NCBI GenBank assembly: GCA_963796965.1
Contig: CAWCNS010000004.1
Location: 32,001 to 96,000 of the forward strand
Direction of reading: 5' to 3'
DNA: 64,000 bases
Source of the DNA: Calditrichia bacterium
GTDB lineage: Bacteria; Calditrichota; Calditrichia; JAJRVZ01
Shown: piece after piece, positions 45,188 through 56,198 of the stretch
Layout: each line of letters opens with the position of its first letter
Position numbering within the stretch: position 1 is the first letter of the stretch
Translations under genes and position numbers: made by a program
The notes under the pieces: model-generated
Seen by the model: the letters and a program-made list of their open reading frames with translations, nothing else
Database searches by the model: none
What the model was told of the DNA's origin: nothing

Positions 45188-45925
45188 ATGGATGTAAAAC
45201 TAGCGGTATTGATTGACGGTGATAATATACCCTCGGCTTTTGTAAAAGAAATGATGGAGGAAATTGCCAAGTATGGAAATCCTACCATCAAAAGAATTTA
45301 TGGGGATTGGACAAAACCTCATTTATCAAAATGGAAGTCAATCCTATTAGAAAACGCTATAACGCCAATTCAGCAATACGGTTATACAACTGGAAAAAAT
45401 GCCACCGATTCTGCTATGATTATTGATGCCATGGATATTTTATATTCAGAAAAAGTAAATGGATTTTGTCTGGTTTCAAGCGATAGTGATTTTACCCGTT
45501 TGGCCACAAGGTTGCGGGAAGCAGGGATGACTGTATTTGGAATTGGAGAAAAAAAGACGCCGGATCCGTTTATTGTTGCCTGTGATAAGTTCATCTATAT
45601 AGAAATTCTTAAACATGAATCGGAGGAGAGTAAATCAGACAATACGGAAGGTGAATCCACACAAGAAAAAAACATTGATAAAATTACACCAAAGGTTCTG
45701 AGACTGATTTCCTTGACTATATCAGATCTGGCAGATGATGACGGTTGGGCCTTTTTGGGGGATGTTGGAAATCTCCTACAGAAAAAACAACCCAATTTTG
45801 ATTCCAGAAACTACGGTTTTCAAAAGTTGACACCCCTGATCAAATCCACAAAAGCTTTTGATATCGAACAACGCGAAAGTCCAAAAGGAAAATTTAAATT
45901 GATCTATGTTAAAAATAAAGAATAG
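45188..45925 (+). CDS. NYN (LabA/DUF88) domain protein with OST-HTH/LOTUS domain
   Basis: LIDGDN, GKNATD, VSSDSDFT, ACDKF; GWAFLGDVG...FDSRNYGFQKL. Confidence 0.92.
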   Translation: MDVKLAVLIDGDNIPSAFVKEMMEEIAKYGNPTIKRIYGDWTKPHLSKWKSILLENAITPIQQYGYTTGKNATDSAMIIDAMDILYSEKVNGFCLVSSDSDFTRLATRLREAGMTVFGIGEKKTPDPFIVACDKFIYIEILKHESEESKSDNTEGESTQEKNIDKITPKVLRLISLTISDLADDDGWAFLGDVGNLLQKKQPNFDSRNYGFQKLTPLIKSTKAFDIEQRESPKGKFKLIYVKNKE

Positions 45926-46097
45926 TAGAAATTGGTAATTGGTAATTAGTTCTCGCATCATCAATCATTAGTCATGGACCTAATATTTCTAACCAGAACC
46001 CAGTACCGGGTAACCAGCTCTGATTCCCAATCACCTTTCCCCTAATCCCGATTCTTGAAATAGGACTTGACAAGCAGTAGAGACGGCTGCAACTTTT

Positions 46098-46149
46098 ATC
46101 CCCAATCCCCAATCCCCAATCCCCAATCCCCAATCCCCAATCCCCAATC
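46098..46149. repeat. Perfect heptamer tandem repeat (ATCCCCA)7
   Basis: Seven exact copies plus ATC. Confidence 0.95.
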
Positions 46150-46239
46150 TATAAAATATTTTCTTTATTCTTTTCCTTAGATTTAATAAACTATAACCAG
46201 TTAATTATAATCATTAATCATAAAAAAGAGAGATTTTAA

Positions 46240-47445
46240 ATGAGTAATGTAAAAACCAATAAAGGTGTAATTGCTATCCTTACGGGTGGTGGAGATGTGC
46301 CCGGTTTAAATCCGGCCATCAGGGCAGTGACAATTCGGGCCATACGGGAAGGCTATAAAGTTATCGGCATCCGCCGCGGTTGGGGCGGTATGATCGAAAT
46401 AATCCGCGATAAGAATGTGGATAACAGCAATAATTATTTCGTATTAACCGAGGATGTCGTTAATAAAGCCGGGCGTACGGGGGGTACTTTCCTACACAGT
46501 TCGCGAACACGTCCCAGCCATGTACCAAAAGTAAATGTACCCACCCATCTGCAAGACACCTATACCGATGAAATGAATGATCTGACACCGGAAGTAATCA
46601 AAAATCTTGAATTTATCGGTGCTGATTATCTGATTCCCATCGGTGGTGACGATACCTTGAGTTATGCCGTCCGTCTTCATAAGGAAGGTGTCAAACTGGT
46701 CTCAATTCCAAAAACAATGGACAATGATGTTCCTGGTACGGATTATTGTATCGGATTCAGTACTTGTATCACCCGCACGATTGAAATGACCGACAGTCTG
46801 CGTACCACCGCGGGTTCTCATGAGCGTCTCCTGATCCTGGAGGTTTTTGGCCGCTATGCGGGTTATACGGCCATGTTGCCAACAATGGCTGGTGCAGCGA
46901 ACAGATGTGTTATCCCCGAGTACGAATTTGATATAGAACGATTGACAGAATTAATGGTTTATGATCGTAATCGGAATCCAAGTAAATATGCTGTTGTCCT
47001 GGTTTCAGAAGGAGCAATTTTTACGGGTAGTGAGATGACTTTTGAAGATCACTCAACAGATGCCTATGGTCATAAAAAACTTGGTGGGATCGGTGAACTT
47101 GTATCGGCAAATCTAAAAGAGATGTCAGCCAAATTTAATAATGGAAAACGCGTCAATGTAATTAACCAAAAACTTGGCTACCTGGTGCGCTGCGGGGAGC
47201 CGGATGCGATCGATTCTATCGTTCCGATGGCCTATGGAACATTGGCTCTTGATCTTATTATGAACGGTGAATACGGACGGCTTGTTGTTCTTAAAAATGG
47301 CCGTTATGATAGCATGCCCATCGATGTGGTTACCAGTACGAAAAAGTTAGTAGATGTGAAAGAACATTATAATACGGACAGGTTGAGGCCACAATATAAG
47401 AGCTTTGGAAATAAACCATTGTTTATTATGACGAGTGAAGGATAG
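46240..47445 (+). CDS. pfkA: 6-phosphofructokinase (PfkA family), probably PPi-dependent
   Basis: TGGGDVPGLN, GGTFLHSSR, GGDDT, PKTMDND, EVFGR. Confidence 0.92.
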   Translation: MSNVKTNKGVIAILTGGGDVPGLNPAIRAVTIRAIREGYKVIGIRRGWGGMIEIIRDKNVDNSNNYFVLTEDVVNKAGRTGGTFLHSSRTRPSHVPKVNVPTHLQDTYTDEMNDLTPEVIKNLEFIGADYLIPIGGDDTLSYAVRLHKEGVKLVSIPKTMDNDVPGTDYCIGFSTCITRTIEMTDSLRTTAGSHERLLILEVFGRYAGYTAMLPTMAGAANRCVIPEYEFDIERLTELMVYDRNRNPSKYAVVLVSEGAIFTGSEMTFEDHSTDAYGHKKLGGIGELVSANLKEMSAKFNNGKRVNVINQKLGYLVRCGEPDAIDSIVPMAYGTLALDLIMNGEYGRLVVLKNGRYDSMPIDVVTSTKKLVDVKEHYNTDRLRPQYKSFGNKPLFIMTSEG

Positions 47446-48028
47446 TTTCTGGTTGCTGGGTTCTTGGTTCTTGATCTAAAATGGAAAGCATCCTCAGAAC
47501 TACCGGGCTAAATTTTCAAGTATCGATGTAAATAATCTATCCGCTACGAGGAATCATAGTTTATGGTTGATGATTACTGTTTACAATAATTAAGCCTCTA
47601 CAAGGCTTTGATAGAATTAAATTATAGGATTTCATGATTCGATTCATTAGCATATCTTCAGAAGATTAATTATTATAACAACAATCAGACATTTCGCTAC
47701 ATCCTCTGTAGAGGATTGCATAAGAATCCTGGTTACCTGGATTGAAATTAGGGTCTACAAAGACATAGTTTAATATTCAGTGATTGTATAAACCGCCAGA
47801 ATAATAACATCAATTTGTTATTCGCCAGAAGTGAGTATCCAGAATCCAGTAACAAAAGAATCAAGTAACCAGAACCCAGATTCAAACACCCAGAGCCCGA
47901 CCAGATATTCCCTCCACAAATCTCCCAAATTCTGACTAAAAACCACATGATCATGCGATTTACAGATTAATTCCCATTACCTATTTTATAGTGAGAACTT
48001 AAAAACCAACCAAAATTTGGAGGAGATT

Positions 48029-49442
48029 ATGAAAAAGTGTACTTTTTTATCACTACTGTTAATGGTTTTAACCAGTATGACATCTCTAATGGGCCAGCCG
48101 ATGAGTTTTTCATCCGATTCTGTTATTTCGACCGGATATACACCCTGGGCAATTGTGTGCGCTGATTTTGATGCCGATAGTTTTCTTGATATAGCCGTCG
48201 GCATTGACAATGAGTCGATCTTTGATCCCACTGCTATTTATCTTAACGATGGCAGTGGCATTTTGTTGACAACGGCAGATTCATTATACCAAAATACAAA
48301 CGGTCCCAGGGGCATGGCAGCGGGAGATCTTAATAACGATCAGATTCCCGATTTGGCCGTGAGTATTGAGGATGATTCTACCATCGTTATCTTGTTGGGA
48401 AATGGCGATGGTTCATTCACAAGAGGGGCTGATGTGGCTGTACCCACAGAACCCGGCAATCTCGTCATTACAGATCTTGATAATGATCTTAAAAATGACC
48501 TGGCGGTTGTATCCGGGTATAGTTTCCTGATAACATATAAGGGCGATGGACAAGGTGCATTCGCCGAGCCGGTTAAAAAAGCCGGAACAAGTTCGGCACA
48601 TGATCTTGAAGCTTCTGATATGAATGGGGACGGTTATATCGATTTACTGGTAGGTTCCGGTAATGTCAGATCCGTAGGATTATACTTGAATGACGGAGCA
48701 GGCAATTTTGATACACGTTCCAATTTATATTTAATGAGAACCCCCTGGGAATTAGGTGTGGGGGATTTTAATAAGGATGGTTATCTGGATGTAGCCGCTG
48801 GTAGCGGTAGTTATGATTTTGATAATGTATTTGTGTTGCTTGGTGACAGTGCTGGAAACTATACATGTCCGGATACACTGAGTCCGGGAACTTATGTGGG
48901 CGATGTTTCCGTCGGTGATTATAATAATGATAAAAACTTAGATCTTCTGGTTGTGGATAGAAATGGTCTCTATATTTTAAGTGGATCAGGTGATGGCCAT
49001 TTTAGTCATACCGATACCATCGATTATGATGAGGGGAGTTACAGGGCTAAAAAGGTCACCTCGGAGGATATTGATAATGATGGCCGGTTAGATCTTGTTG
49101 TAGCCAGAGATAAACAAATCTCTATTTATTACAATACCGGCGCGTATACCTCTATTAAAGACTAATACTATAAATCCGCTTGATTTTCAGCTGGATCAAA
49201 ATTATCCTAATCCCTTTAACCCAGCCACAACAATTAATTACGAATTACAAATTACGAATTACGTTGAACTAATCATTTATAATTTGCTGGGGCAAAAGGT
49301 CGCCACATTAGTCTCTGAATCTCAAAACGTCGGTCAACATCAGGCAACATGGGATGCCTCTGGATTTTCCAGTGGGGTCTATTTTTATAGATTAAAAACA
49401 GAAAATGGCAGCATGATCAAAAAAATGCAACTCATCAAATAA
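48029..49442 (+). CDS. Secreted FG-GAP/VCBS-repeat beta-propeller protein with T9SS-type CTD; frameshift ~49162
   Basis: Seven D(F/L)xxDxxxD repeats; the frame after 49165 reads DFQLDQNYPNPFNPATTI...SSGVYFY...KKMQLIK*. Confidence 0.88.
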
Positions 49443-49471
49443 GATTTTCTAATTAAGTGTAGGCAATATAG

Positions 49472-49656
49472 ACAGGATAACAGGATTAACAGGATAGATT
49501 TTATTGTATTCAAAATATTAGTGGGCTTTCAAGTTTAATTTTTTTTTCATGAAGACCACTAAGGACATAATTTATAAGGAATGTTTTTGGCAGAAGTGTA
49601 TGAAGTCTCATTTTAGTAAAGAATTCCAAAGATCCTGTAAATCCTGTTATCATGTC
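49472..49656. repeat. Intergenic element bracketed by inverted 8-9-mer runs (ACAGGATWA / TWATCCTGT)
   Basis: acaggataacaggattaacaggat at left; atcctgtaaatcctgttatcatgt at right; related half at 35884-35900. Confidence 0.7.
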
Positions 49657-49700
49657 AGTAAAAATATAAACAATTGAGATTACTTAAAAAGGAGAACATC

Positions 49701-51416
49701 ATGAATGCTTTAAATCAAAAATGTTGGATATGTATCATTGCTGCTTTAATAAGCATCTGCTTTATAGCATCTGTTACAGCAGGTGATAGCGATGCTTTGC
49801 TTAAACAAGTTGATAAAGATTTACGCCAGGCAGAGCGAGATATGTTTGGTGGCAAGACTGAAAAAGCAATTGCATCATTAGAAAATATTAATATATCCAT
49901 TCAAAAAATCAAAGCAGATGATCCGGAAAATCCCAAATTAAAAACGGCCGAGAATAAATATAATAAATTGGTGAAGGACCTGGAAAGACGTACCGGAAAA
50001 AGTCTTGGAGGGGGCACACTTACTGCCGCTACGGCAAGTACGGCAACCGAAATGGCTCCAAAACCTGAAGCAAAAGAAGCAACCGCTTCTTCCACACAAG
50101 CATCTGCCGGGTCCGCTGCTGCAGCAGCAACTGGATCCGCAGCAATCTCACAAACAGCAGAAAAAAAGTCATCAACTTCCTCCGCGGCTGCGGCCAAACT
50201 TCCCTATGATGCACGAAAACCAATGTCAGAAGCGGAGAGGAATTTAAGTTCTTTGGAACGAGATATAAATAAGCTGGCCGATCCGGGTTATGGTGGAAAT
50301 AAAGACCAATTGGTTTCAAATATGGAGAAAAAAATTGCCCAGACTAATAAATCTCTGGAAGAAGCAAAGGCGTTTGCTGCTGCAAAGGGCGTAACCTCCC
50401 ATCCGGATTTTGATGCAGTTGAAGCACAAATCCTGGTGGCTGAAAAAGAAATTGCCGCAGCAAAGTCAGGTCATGAGGCAAATAAAGCCGCTGCTGCAGC
50501 CTCTTCTAATGAGGTAGAGGCAGATGTGGCAGAATTGAAAGCTACCTATGATAAAGTAGAACCGGTTTTCTCAAAGGCCCCGGGCAATGTCATATATTAT
50601 AACGATTTGAAAGCAGTTGAGGATGTGATTGTACAAATTGAAAATTTTGAGAAAAATGATTTAAAGACTGTTGAAACAAAAATGCAGGCATTTGCTTCAA
50701 AGTATGGCAATACCAAATCAGATATTGATAAAAAAGCTGATGCGATGGGATATGTTAATAATTATTACCGGGCCAGTTATGCCTATACAGAATTAGCGAC
50801 AGGTATTGAAAATGTGGCGAAGACACGTGATGTGATGGCCGAAGATCTTGTTCGCCGAACAGATAGCGAACTGAGTAGTATCAGTAAAGGGGCCGAATTA
50901 CATATGATTGAACGCTATGCAAAAGTAAGATCCTGGCTGGCCATGGCGGTACGATATCAGGCTGACAATCCAAAAGTTAAAGAATTACAAAGCACAATTG
51001 ACGCGCGTATCGATGCAGGTATGAAAGAATTTAACACCCGTGTTGACGGTCGCTCCTGGCCCGGCAATGCCTCCAATGCCCCTTCAAATGCAGATGATTT
51101 AGCCCAGGTGTCTCTTGACTGGTTTAAAAATAGTCCTGATTGGGGAAAACGTTCCTCAAAAGTTCGCCATCCCCTTGCTGTGACCGTTACAGGACCCTGG
51201 TCGGTACAAAAAAGAAACCTTCTTGGGAACCCGATCATGTATGGACTTCCAATAAAACTGGCTGTTTTGGTAGATGAAGATAAAGCACTCGATGTTGCCC
51301 GGGTTTATGAGTTGACCATGAGAACCGTCGAGCAGGCCGGTGCAAAAATGGAGCCGCCATTTGATCATATTACAGTAGGTAATAGTTATTTTATAAGACC
51401 GGATAAGGTTAAGTAA
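49701..51416 (+). CDS. Secreted helical hypothetical protein with Ala/Ser/Thr-rich linker
   Basis: AGGAG RBS, signal peptide, coiled-coil-like segments, low-complexity linker. Confidence 0.75.
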   Translation: MNALNQKCWICIIAALISICFIASVTAGDSDALLKQVDKDLRQAERDMFGGKTEKAIASLENINISIQKIKADDPENPKLKTAENKYNKLVKDLERRTGKSLGGGTLTAATASTATEMAPKPEAKEATASSTQASAGSAAAAATGSAAISQTAEKKSSTSSAAAAKLPYDARKPMSEAERNLSSLERDINKLADPGYGGNKDQLVSNMEKKIAQTNKSLEEAKAFAAAKGVTSHPDFDAVEAQILVAEKEIAAAKSGHEANKAAAAASSNEVEADVAELKATYDKVEPVFSKAPGNVIYYNDLKAVEDVIVQIENFEKNDLKTVETKMQAFASKYGNTKSDIDKKADAMGYVNNYYRASYAYTELATGIENVAKTRDVMAEDLVRRTDSELSSISKGAELHMIERYAKVRSWLAMAVRYQADNPKVKELQSTIDARIDAGMKEFNTRVDGRSWPGNASNAPSNADDLAQVSLDWFKNSPDWGKRSSKVRHPLAVTVTGPWSVQKRNLLGNPIMYGLPIKLAVLVDEDKALDVARVYELTMRTVEQAGAKMEPPFDHITVGNSYFIRPDKVK

Positions 51417-51449
51417 AAAACGCAATTAGGAACTAGGTATTAGGTATTT

Positions 51450-51495
51450 GGTATTTGGGATTGATTTCAGTCTCCGGTCTGCAGTTTCCGGTTTC
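51450..51495 (-). repeat. Dispersed intergenic repeat, copy 2 (inverted)
   Basis: See 33368-33413. Confidence 0.9.
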
Positions 51496-51839
51496 TAAGA
51501 TTGATCCCATTTTTCTTAGTAGACATACCCACTTTAAAAATAGATTTTCACTAACTGTACATCCTATACAATACTTACTGAACTAGAACGCTAAGTGAAA
51601 ATGGGCCGATCGGTTTGCAAATCTGATTAATAGGTGATAAATTCCCCGATTAATTTTTACTAAATCCAACACAAAATATATATCATCCTCACTATTTGAT
51701 TCTTTGCATCCTCGAATTAATTATAGGGCAATGATTATCCATACAGAATAAAATTAGATGGATCATTCTGTGAATTACAGATCTGGGGCTCTATTTGATC
51801 TGAATAAATTACGTAATTCTCTATATGTACTAATGCCTT

Positions 51840-54311
51840 ATGTTAAACTTTTCCGTGGTTGATGCCGGCTCCATAAAGGGGGGTGTTAAAACTAATCAGG
51901 GAAATCCTCTAAGTGGTGTGAATATATCTGTCCAAGATAAAAGCATTTCCACAACTTCCAATCAATTTGGATTGTACGCTGTGGATAATCTGCCCTCGGG
52001 CACATATGAGATTTCCTTCAATTATGTTGGGTATAAATCTGTAGTGATTAGTGTAACGCTTGGTGGTGAGGAAACCAATATTCAAAATGTTATCCTGGTT
52101 GAAGAAATTTTATCAATGAATGCGATTCTTGTCTCTTCGCAGAAAAGAATTGAACAGGTTCAGGATGTTCCTATTACAATGGCTGTTCTCGATAAGGATT
52201 TTCTCCAACAGAATACTAATGTTAATATGGATGTATTATCCGGATACGTCCCGGGTTTATTTGTCAATTCATTTAGCAATAATCGTCCCAATTATGTGGT
52301 TCGGGGATTGACCAGTGATGCTTTTCTTGCAACAGCTCAACCGCGGGTATCTGTTTTTTACAATAATATTCCAATCAGCAGAAATACCGGGGCCTTAATC
52401 GAACTTTACGATATGGAAAGAATTGAAGTTCTGAAGGGACCCCAGGGAACACTCTTTGGCCGCGGTGCTCAAATTGGTGCAATTCATTTGATTAGCAATA
52501 AACCAAAAAACTATTTCCAGGGTGAGTTTTCCGTTGGAATGGGTAATCATGGACAACAAATTTTCAACGGGATAATTAACTTACCCATCACTGATAATAT
52601 TTATTCCCGCTTTACCGGAACCTATACAAAAAGGGATGGTTTTCTCAACAATACATTTGGCGGAGGGCTAAATGAAAAGAAAACGGCAGCATTCAGAGCC
52701 TCTTTGAGATACATTCAAAATGAAAATACCATCATGGATCTGATGTTTGATTATCAGGAGGATCATCCCGGGGGCACAGCGTTTATGAGTCGAACCTATC
52801 CAAACCAAGTGGGTCAGGTAAATGTGTTTGGAAAGACAGCCTCTTTTGAACGTGGCGTGGATTTAGGCCTGGAAAGAAAAATAATAAATCTCAATTTTAA
52901 TCTCCATCATTATTTTAACAGCAATCTCGATCTTAATACATTTTTATCTTACCGGAAGCATCGTGCTGATGAGATATGGGAGGGTGATGGATCTGCCGCG
53001 CCTTCATTAGATTTTGAAGAGGATGTAGCTGTCAATCAAATTACTTTTGAATCCCGGCTTAATTTTAAACTTGGTCATAACCTGGATGGATTTGCCGGTA
53101 TTAGCTACTGGCGTGAAGAGGTTGACCAATCAGTACGCTTCAGTCCGAATGAACAGAGTCTCTTTTTTCTATTTGTTAACCCCCCGGGACTTATAGATGA
53201 AAAGGGTAACCCAAACTTTATGCCAGCGATCCCACCAATTCCGGAATTTGGAGAGCTAGGTGGATTGCCACTTCCTACCGACCATGTGGAAGAATCTTTC
53301 CAGAGAGCTGGAAATGAAGCATTGGAATCCTTTATTGATGGTACTTATAATTTTAGTAATAAACTAAATTTGACGGCTGGTTTAAGATTTATTATAGATC
53401 GTATTTCACTGGATGCGCAAAATAAATTTTTGTCCGGTCAACCATCTACATTGGGACTCTTAACGGGAAACTATCCAAATGTATTATTTGCCACTGGAGA
53501 AGTCTCCGATATGGACGAAAAGTTTCAGGCCCTTGTGGGAAGAGTAGTTGCCGGATATTCCTTCAATGAAAACTTAAAAACCTATGTGGGATATGCACGG
53601 GGAAGGCGTCCGAATGTTATCCAGCTCCGAGCTGATGCGCAGGCGGAGATACTGGATGATGAAAAGGTGAATAATTATGAGGTTGGTCTTAAGGGAATTA
53701 TATCAGATCAATTGTTTTTTGATCTGGCTGCTTATTTTTATAATTATAATGATTTTCAAACACGGGCCTGGGTGGCTGACCAGGAAACCGGTGAGTATCA
53801 ATTAATTGTCAAAGATGGCGGTAAGGCGCATGCCTATGGCTTTGAATCAAGTCTTAGATATTCTCTTACTCAATCTTTAGAACTTTATGCGACTTATGCA
53901 TATATACATGCACGATTTGATCAAACTGACAGCAATGGAAATGAGCAAGAATATGCAGGCAACAAATTCCGTCTGACACCGGATCATTCCTGGTCAGTAA
54001 GAGCAAATTTTGTACAACCCCTCCTGAACTCTGTCAACTTCTTCTTAATACCATCATATACTTATAGATCACATCATTTTTTTGAAGACGATAATACAAA
54101 AGGACTCGAACAGGAGGGATATGGGTTATTCAATCTGCAAACCGGTCTATATTATTATCATTTTCATCTTGAACTAAGCTTTTTCGCCTACAATATTCTC
54201 AACTCAGAATATCTGGTCAGTGCAGGGAACACCGGAAATTTATTTGGGATACCCACCTTCGTCCCAGGGGCACCCCAAACCTATGGCGTCAGATTAAAAT
54301 GGGACTTTTAG
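51840..54311 (+). CDS. TonB-dependent receptor with N-terminal carboxypeptidase-regulatory-like domain
   Basis: VSSQKRIEQVQDVPIT, RIEVLKGPQGTLFGRGA plug; C-terminal YGVRLKWDF. Confidence 0.93.
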   Translation: MLNFSVVDAGSIKGGVKTNQGNPLSGVNISVQDKSISTTSNQFGLYAVDNLPSGTYEISFNYVGYKSVVISVTLGGEETNIQNVILVEEILSMNAILVSSQKRIEQVQDVPITMAVLDKDFLQQNTNVNMDVLSGYVPGLFVNSFSNNRPNYVVRGLTSDAFLATAQPRVSVFYNNIPISRNTGALIELYDMERIEVLKGPQGTLFGRGAQIGAIHLISNKPKNYFQGEFSVGMGNHGQQIFNGIINLPITDNIYSRFTGTYTKRDGFLNNTFGGGLNEKKTAAFRASLRYIQNENTIMDLMFDYQEDHPGGTAFMSRTYPNQVGQVNVFGKTASFERGVDLGLERKIINLNFNLHHYFNSNLDLNTFLSYRKHRADEIWEGDGSAAPSLDFEEDVAVNQITFESRLNFKLGHNLDGFAGISYWREEVDQSVRFSPNEQSLFFLFVNPPGLIDEKGNPNFMPAIPPIPEFGELGGLPLPTDHVEESFQRAGNEALESFIDGTYNFSNKLNLTAGLRFIIDRISLDAQNKFLSGQPSTLGLLTGNYPNVLFATGEVSDMDEKFQALVGRVVAGYSFNENLKTYVGYARGRRPNVIQLRADAQAEILDDEKVNNYEVGLKGIISDQLFFDLAAYFYNYNDFQTRAWVADQETGEYQLIVKDGGKAHAYGFESSLRYSLTQSLELYATYAYIHARFDQTDSNGNEQEYAGNKFRLTPDHSWSVRANFVQPLLNSVNFFLIPSYTYRSHHFFEDDNTKGLEQEGYGLFNLQTGLYYYHFHLELSFFAYNILNSEYLVSAGNTGNLFGIPTFVPGAPQTYGVRLKWDF

Positions 54312-54554
54312 ATGGGTATTTGGAATGGACTCGAGATACCGGATAAGCGATTGGGGTTGTGGAATTTAGAACAGGTATATTGTAATTAGGAATTAGGAAT
54401 TAGGAATTAGGAAAAATTAGGCATTGGGCATTGATTTAACATTTGGATTTTGAAATTGAGCAAACGCTTCGCGATACTCGGTTCGGGAAGGCAATTTTAA
54501 CGATTGTCATCCTGCAAGGATCTTCCGGGGTGTTATAACCATTTTGTCGCCGGA

Positions 54555-56052
54555 TCAGTTTTTTGGTGGGATATCGGTTTGTTTAGCGACTTTAAAAAAA
54601 GAGCGGATTCTATTTACAAGCAAATTGGTCGATACAGAAGATTTAACCAATGGTTGCTGATTGAGCTTCTGCAGCATCTGGGCATTTTGATATTTTCTTT
54701 CGACCAAAATTTCACTGACTTTCTCTATGAATTCCGGGTGATCACGAAAGGTATTGCTCAGGTGTTCACGCTCCAACTGGTAGACGACCAGATCGGTTAT
54801 GGCAATAACGTCTGCTGAACGTGGCTCGCCGGTTAGAAGTGACATCTCTCCGAAAAACTGACCAGGATAAAGTTGGCTTACTCTGACCATTTTGTTCTTT
54901 TCCGGTACCAGAACATCGGCTACCCCTTCAACGAGAATAAACATGGAGTCGCCTTCATCTCCGTTTTTGACGATATCTTCTCCTGATTTGAAAATAAAAT
55001 ACTGCATTTGTTCTGCTAGATTGGCGATCTCTGATTCTGGTAGATGGGAGAAAAGTTCTATTCCGGATACAATACGTGTTCGGTCTGACAAAGAGGCCGA
55101 ATCAAAATGTCGCATAGGCATCTTCTTATAATAAATATCTTCCTTTGGATAAGCCAGGGATATGCCGGCGATTGATAAGTGTTTCAATACGATACTGTTG
55201 ACGATGTCTTTGGACCTGGAGGGGGAAATCTGACGCCAGGAATTGATCCAATAGCGTATTTCATATTCAATTCCCAATTCTGTTGTTTGTTTAATCAATA
55301 TCTCCGGCATGCGCTTATTTACATAACCAGGTTGATCGAGGGTTTCCTTGGCAGCTGCGAAGAGGATACGTCGTACCCGCTCAACCGGAACTGAAAAATC
55401 GATACAAAATACGACCTCCTGGCGGAGTTCAGAGTTAGGAATCCAGAAATTGGTTACAAAACTCGTACTCATCACACTGTTGGGAATGACCACAATTGAA
55501 TTTTCTTCTGTTTTGACACGTGTAGCCCGCCAGTTGATCTCCAGAACCTGGCCAATAATATTTTGTTCAGGCAATCGTTGATAAATCTGGATCCAATCCC
55601 CGATCTGATAGGGTCTCTCGATATTGACGGCTAATCCGGTGAAATATATCCAGGATGATATTTCGTAACGCCAAACCAAGGATTATCGCCACAACCCCGA
55701 GGTTGCCCAAAGTCCTGCAAGAGGTTGATCAAAAACATAATCCGACAATGATCGTCAGGGCAATACCATAAACCAAAAGAGAGACAATATCGATAAGTAA
55801 TTGGGGAACATTGTCTTTTAATGGTCTTTTCGCAAAGCCTTCCCATAAAAATATCTTTAATAACCGATTTGTTAAAAAAGCAGCAGTTACCCAGAATAAT
55901 ATATGAATCGAGTAATATAATATTTTATATGGAAGTGATGAGGGATCAATTTCCCAATAGGATAATAGCGATTGTACATACAACACCAGGACAAGAAAAA
56001 CCGCAAATGCGCTTAAAGGTAATAGGACACGTTTTAATGAATGTAGTATCAT
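54555..56052 (-). CDS. MscS-family mechanosensitive channel with C-terminal cNMP-binding domain; frameshifts ~55650-55740
   Basis: ERPYQIGDWI, GQVLEINWRAT, IPNS; GQFFGEMSLLTGEPRSA. Confidence 0.9.
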
Positions 56053-56198
56053 AGTTGGTCAGTTTTGATTTGAAAAGACAGTGTTTTATCTATTATAGAA
56101 GTCGAATAGTTAATACGCAAGAGTAATCGCAAATATTTCAATGCTAAAATGATAAGTTTTTAAATACATGAATAGGTTTATGTAACGGCGCGAATTAA

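Noticed and set aside
43613..45925. Cyclase plus NYN nuclease as a CBASS/Pycsar-like defence system
   Set aside because: The genes are divergent, the cyclase is an ordinary membrane class III enzyme, and the NYN-LOTUS protein has no cyclic-nucleotide sensor domain.
51500..51840. Cobalamin or TPP riboswitch upstream of the TonB receptor
   Set aside because: No recognisable B12-box or TPP core motifs by eye; an Infernal/Rfam scan would be decisive.
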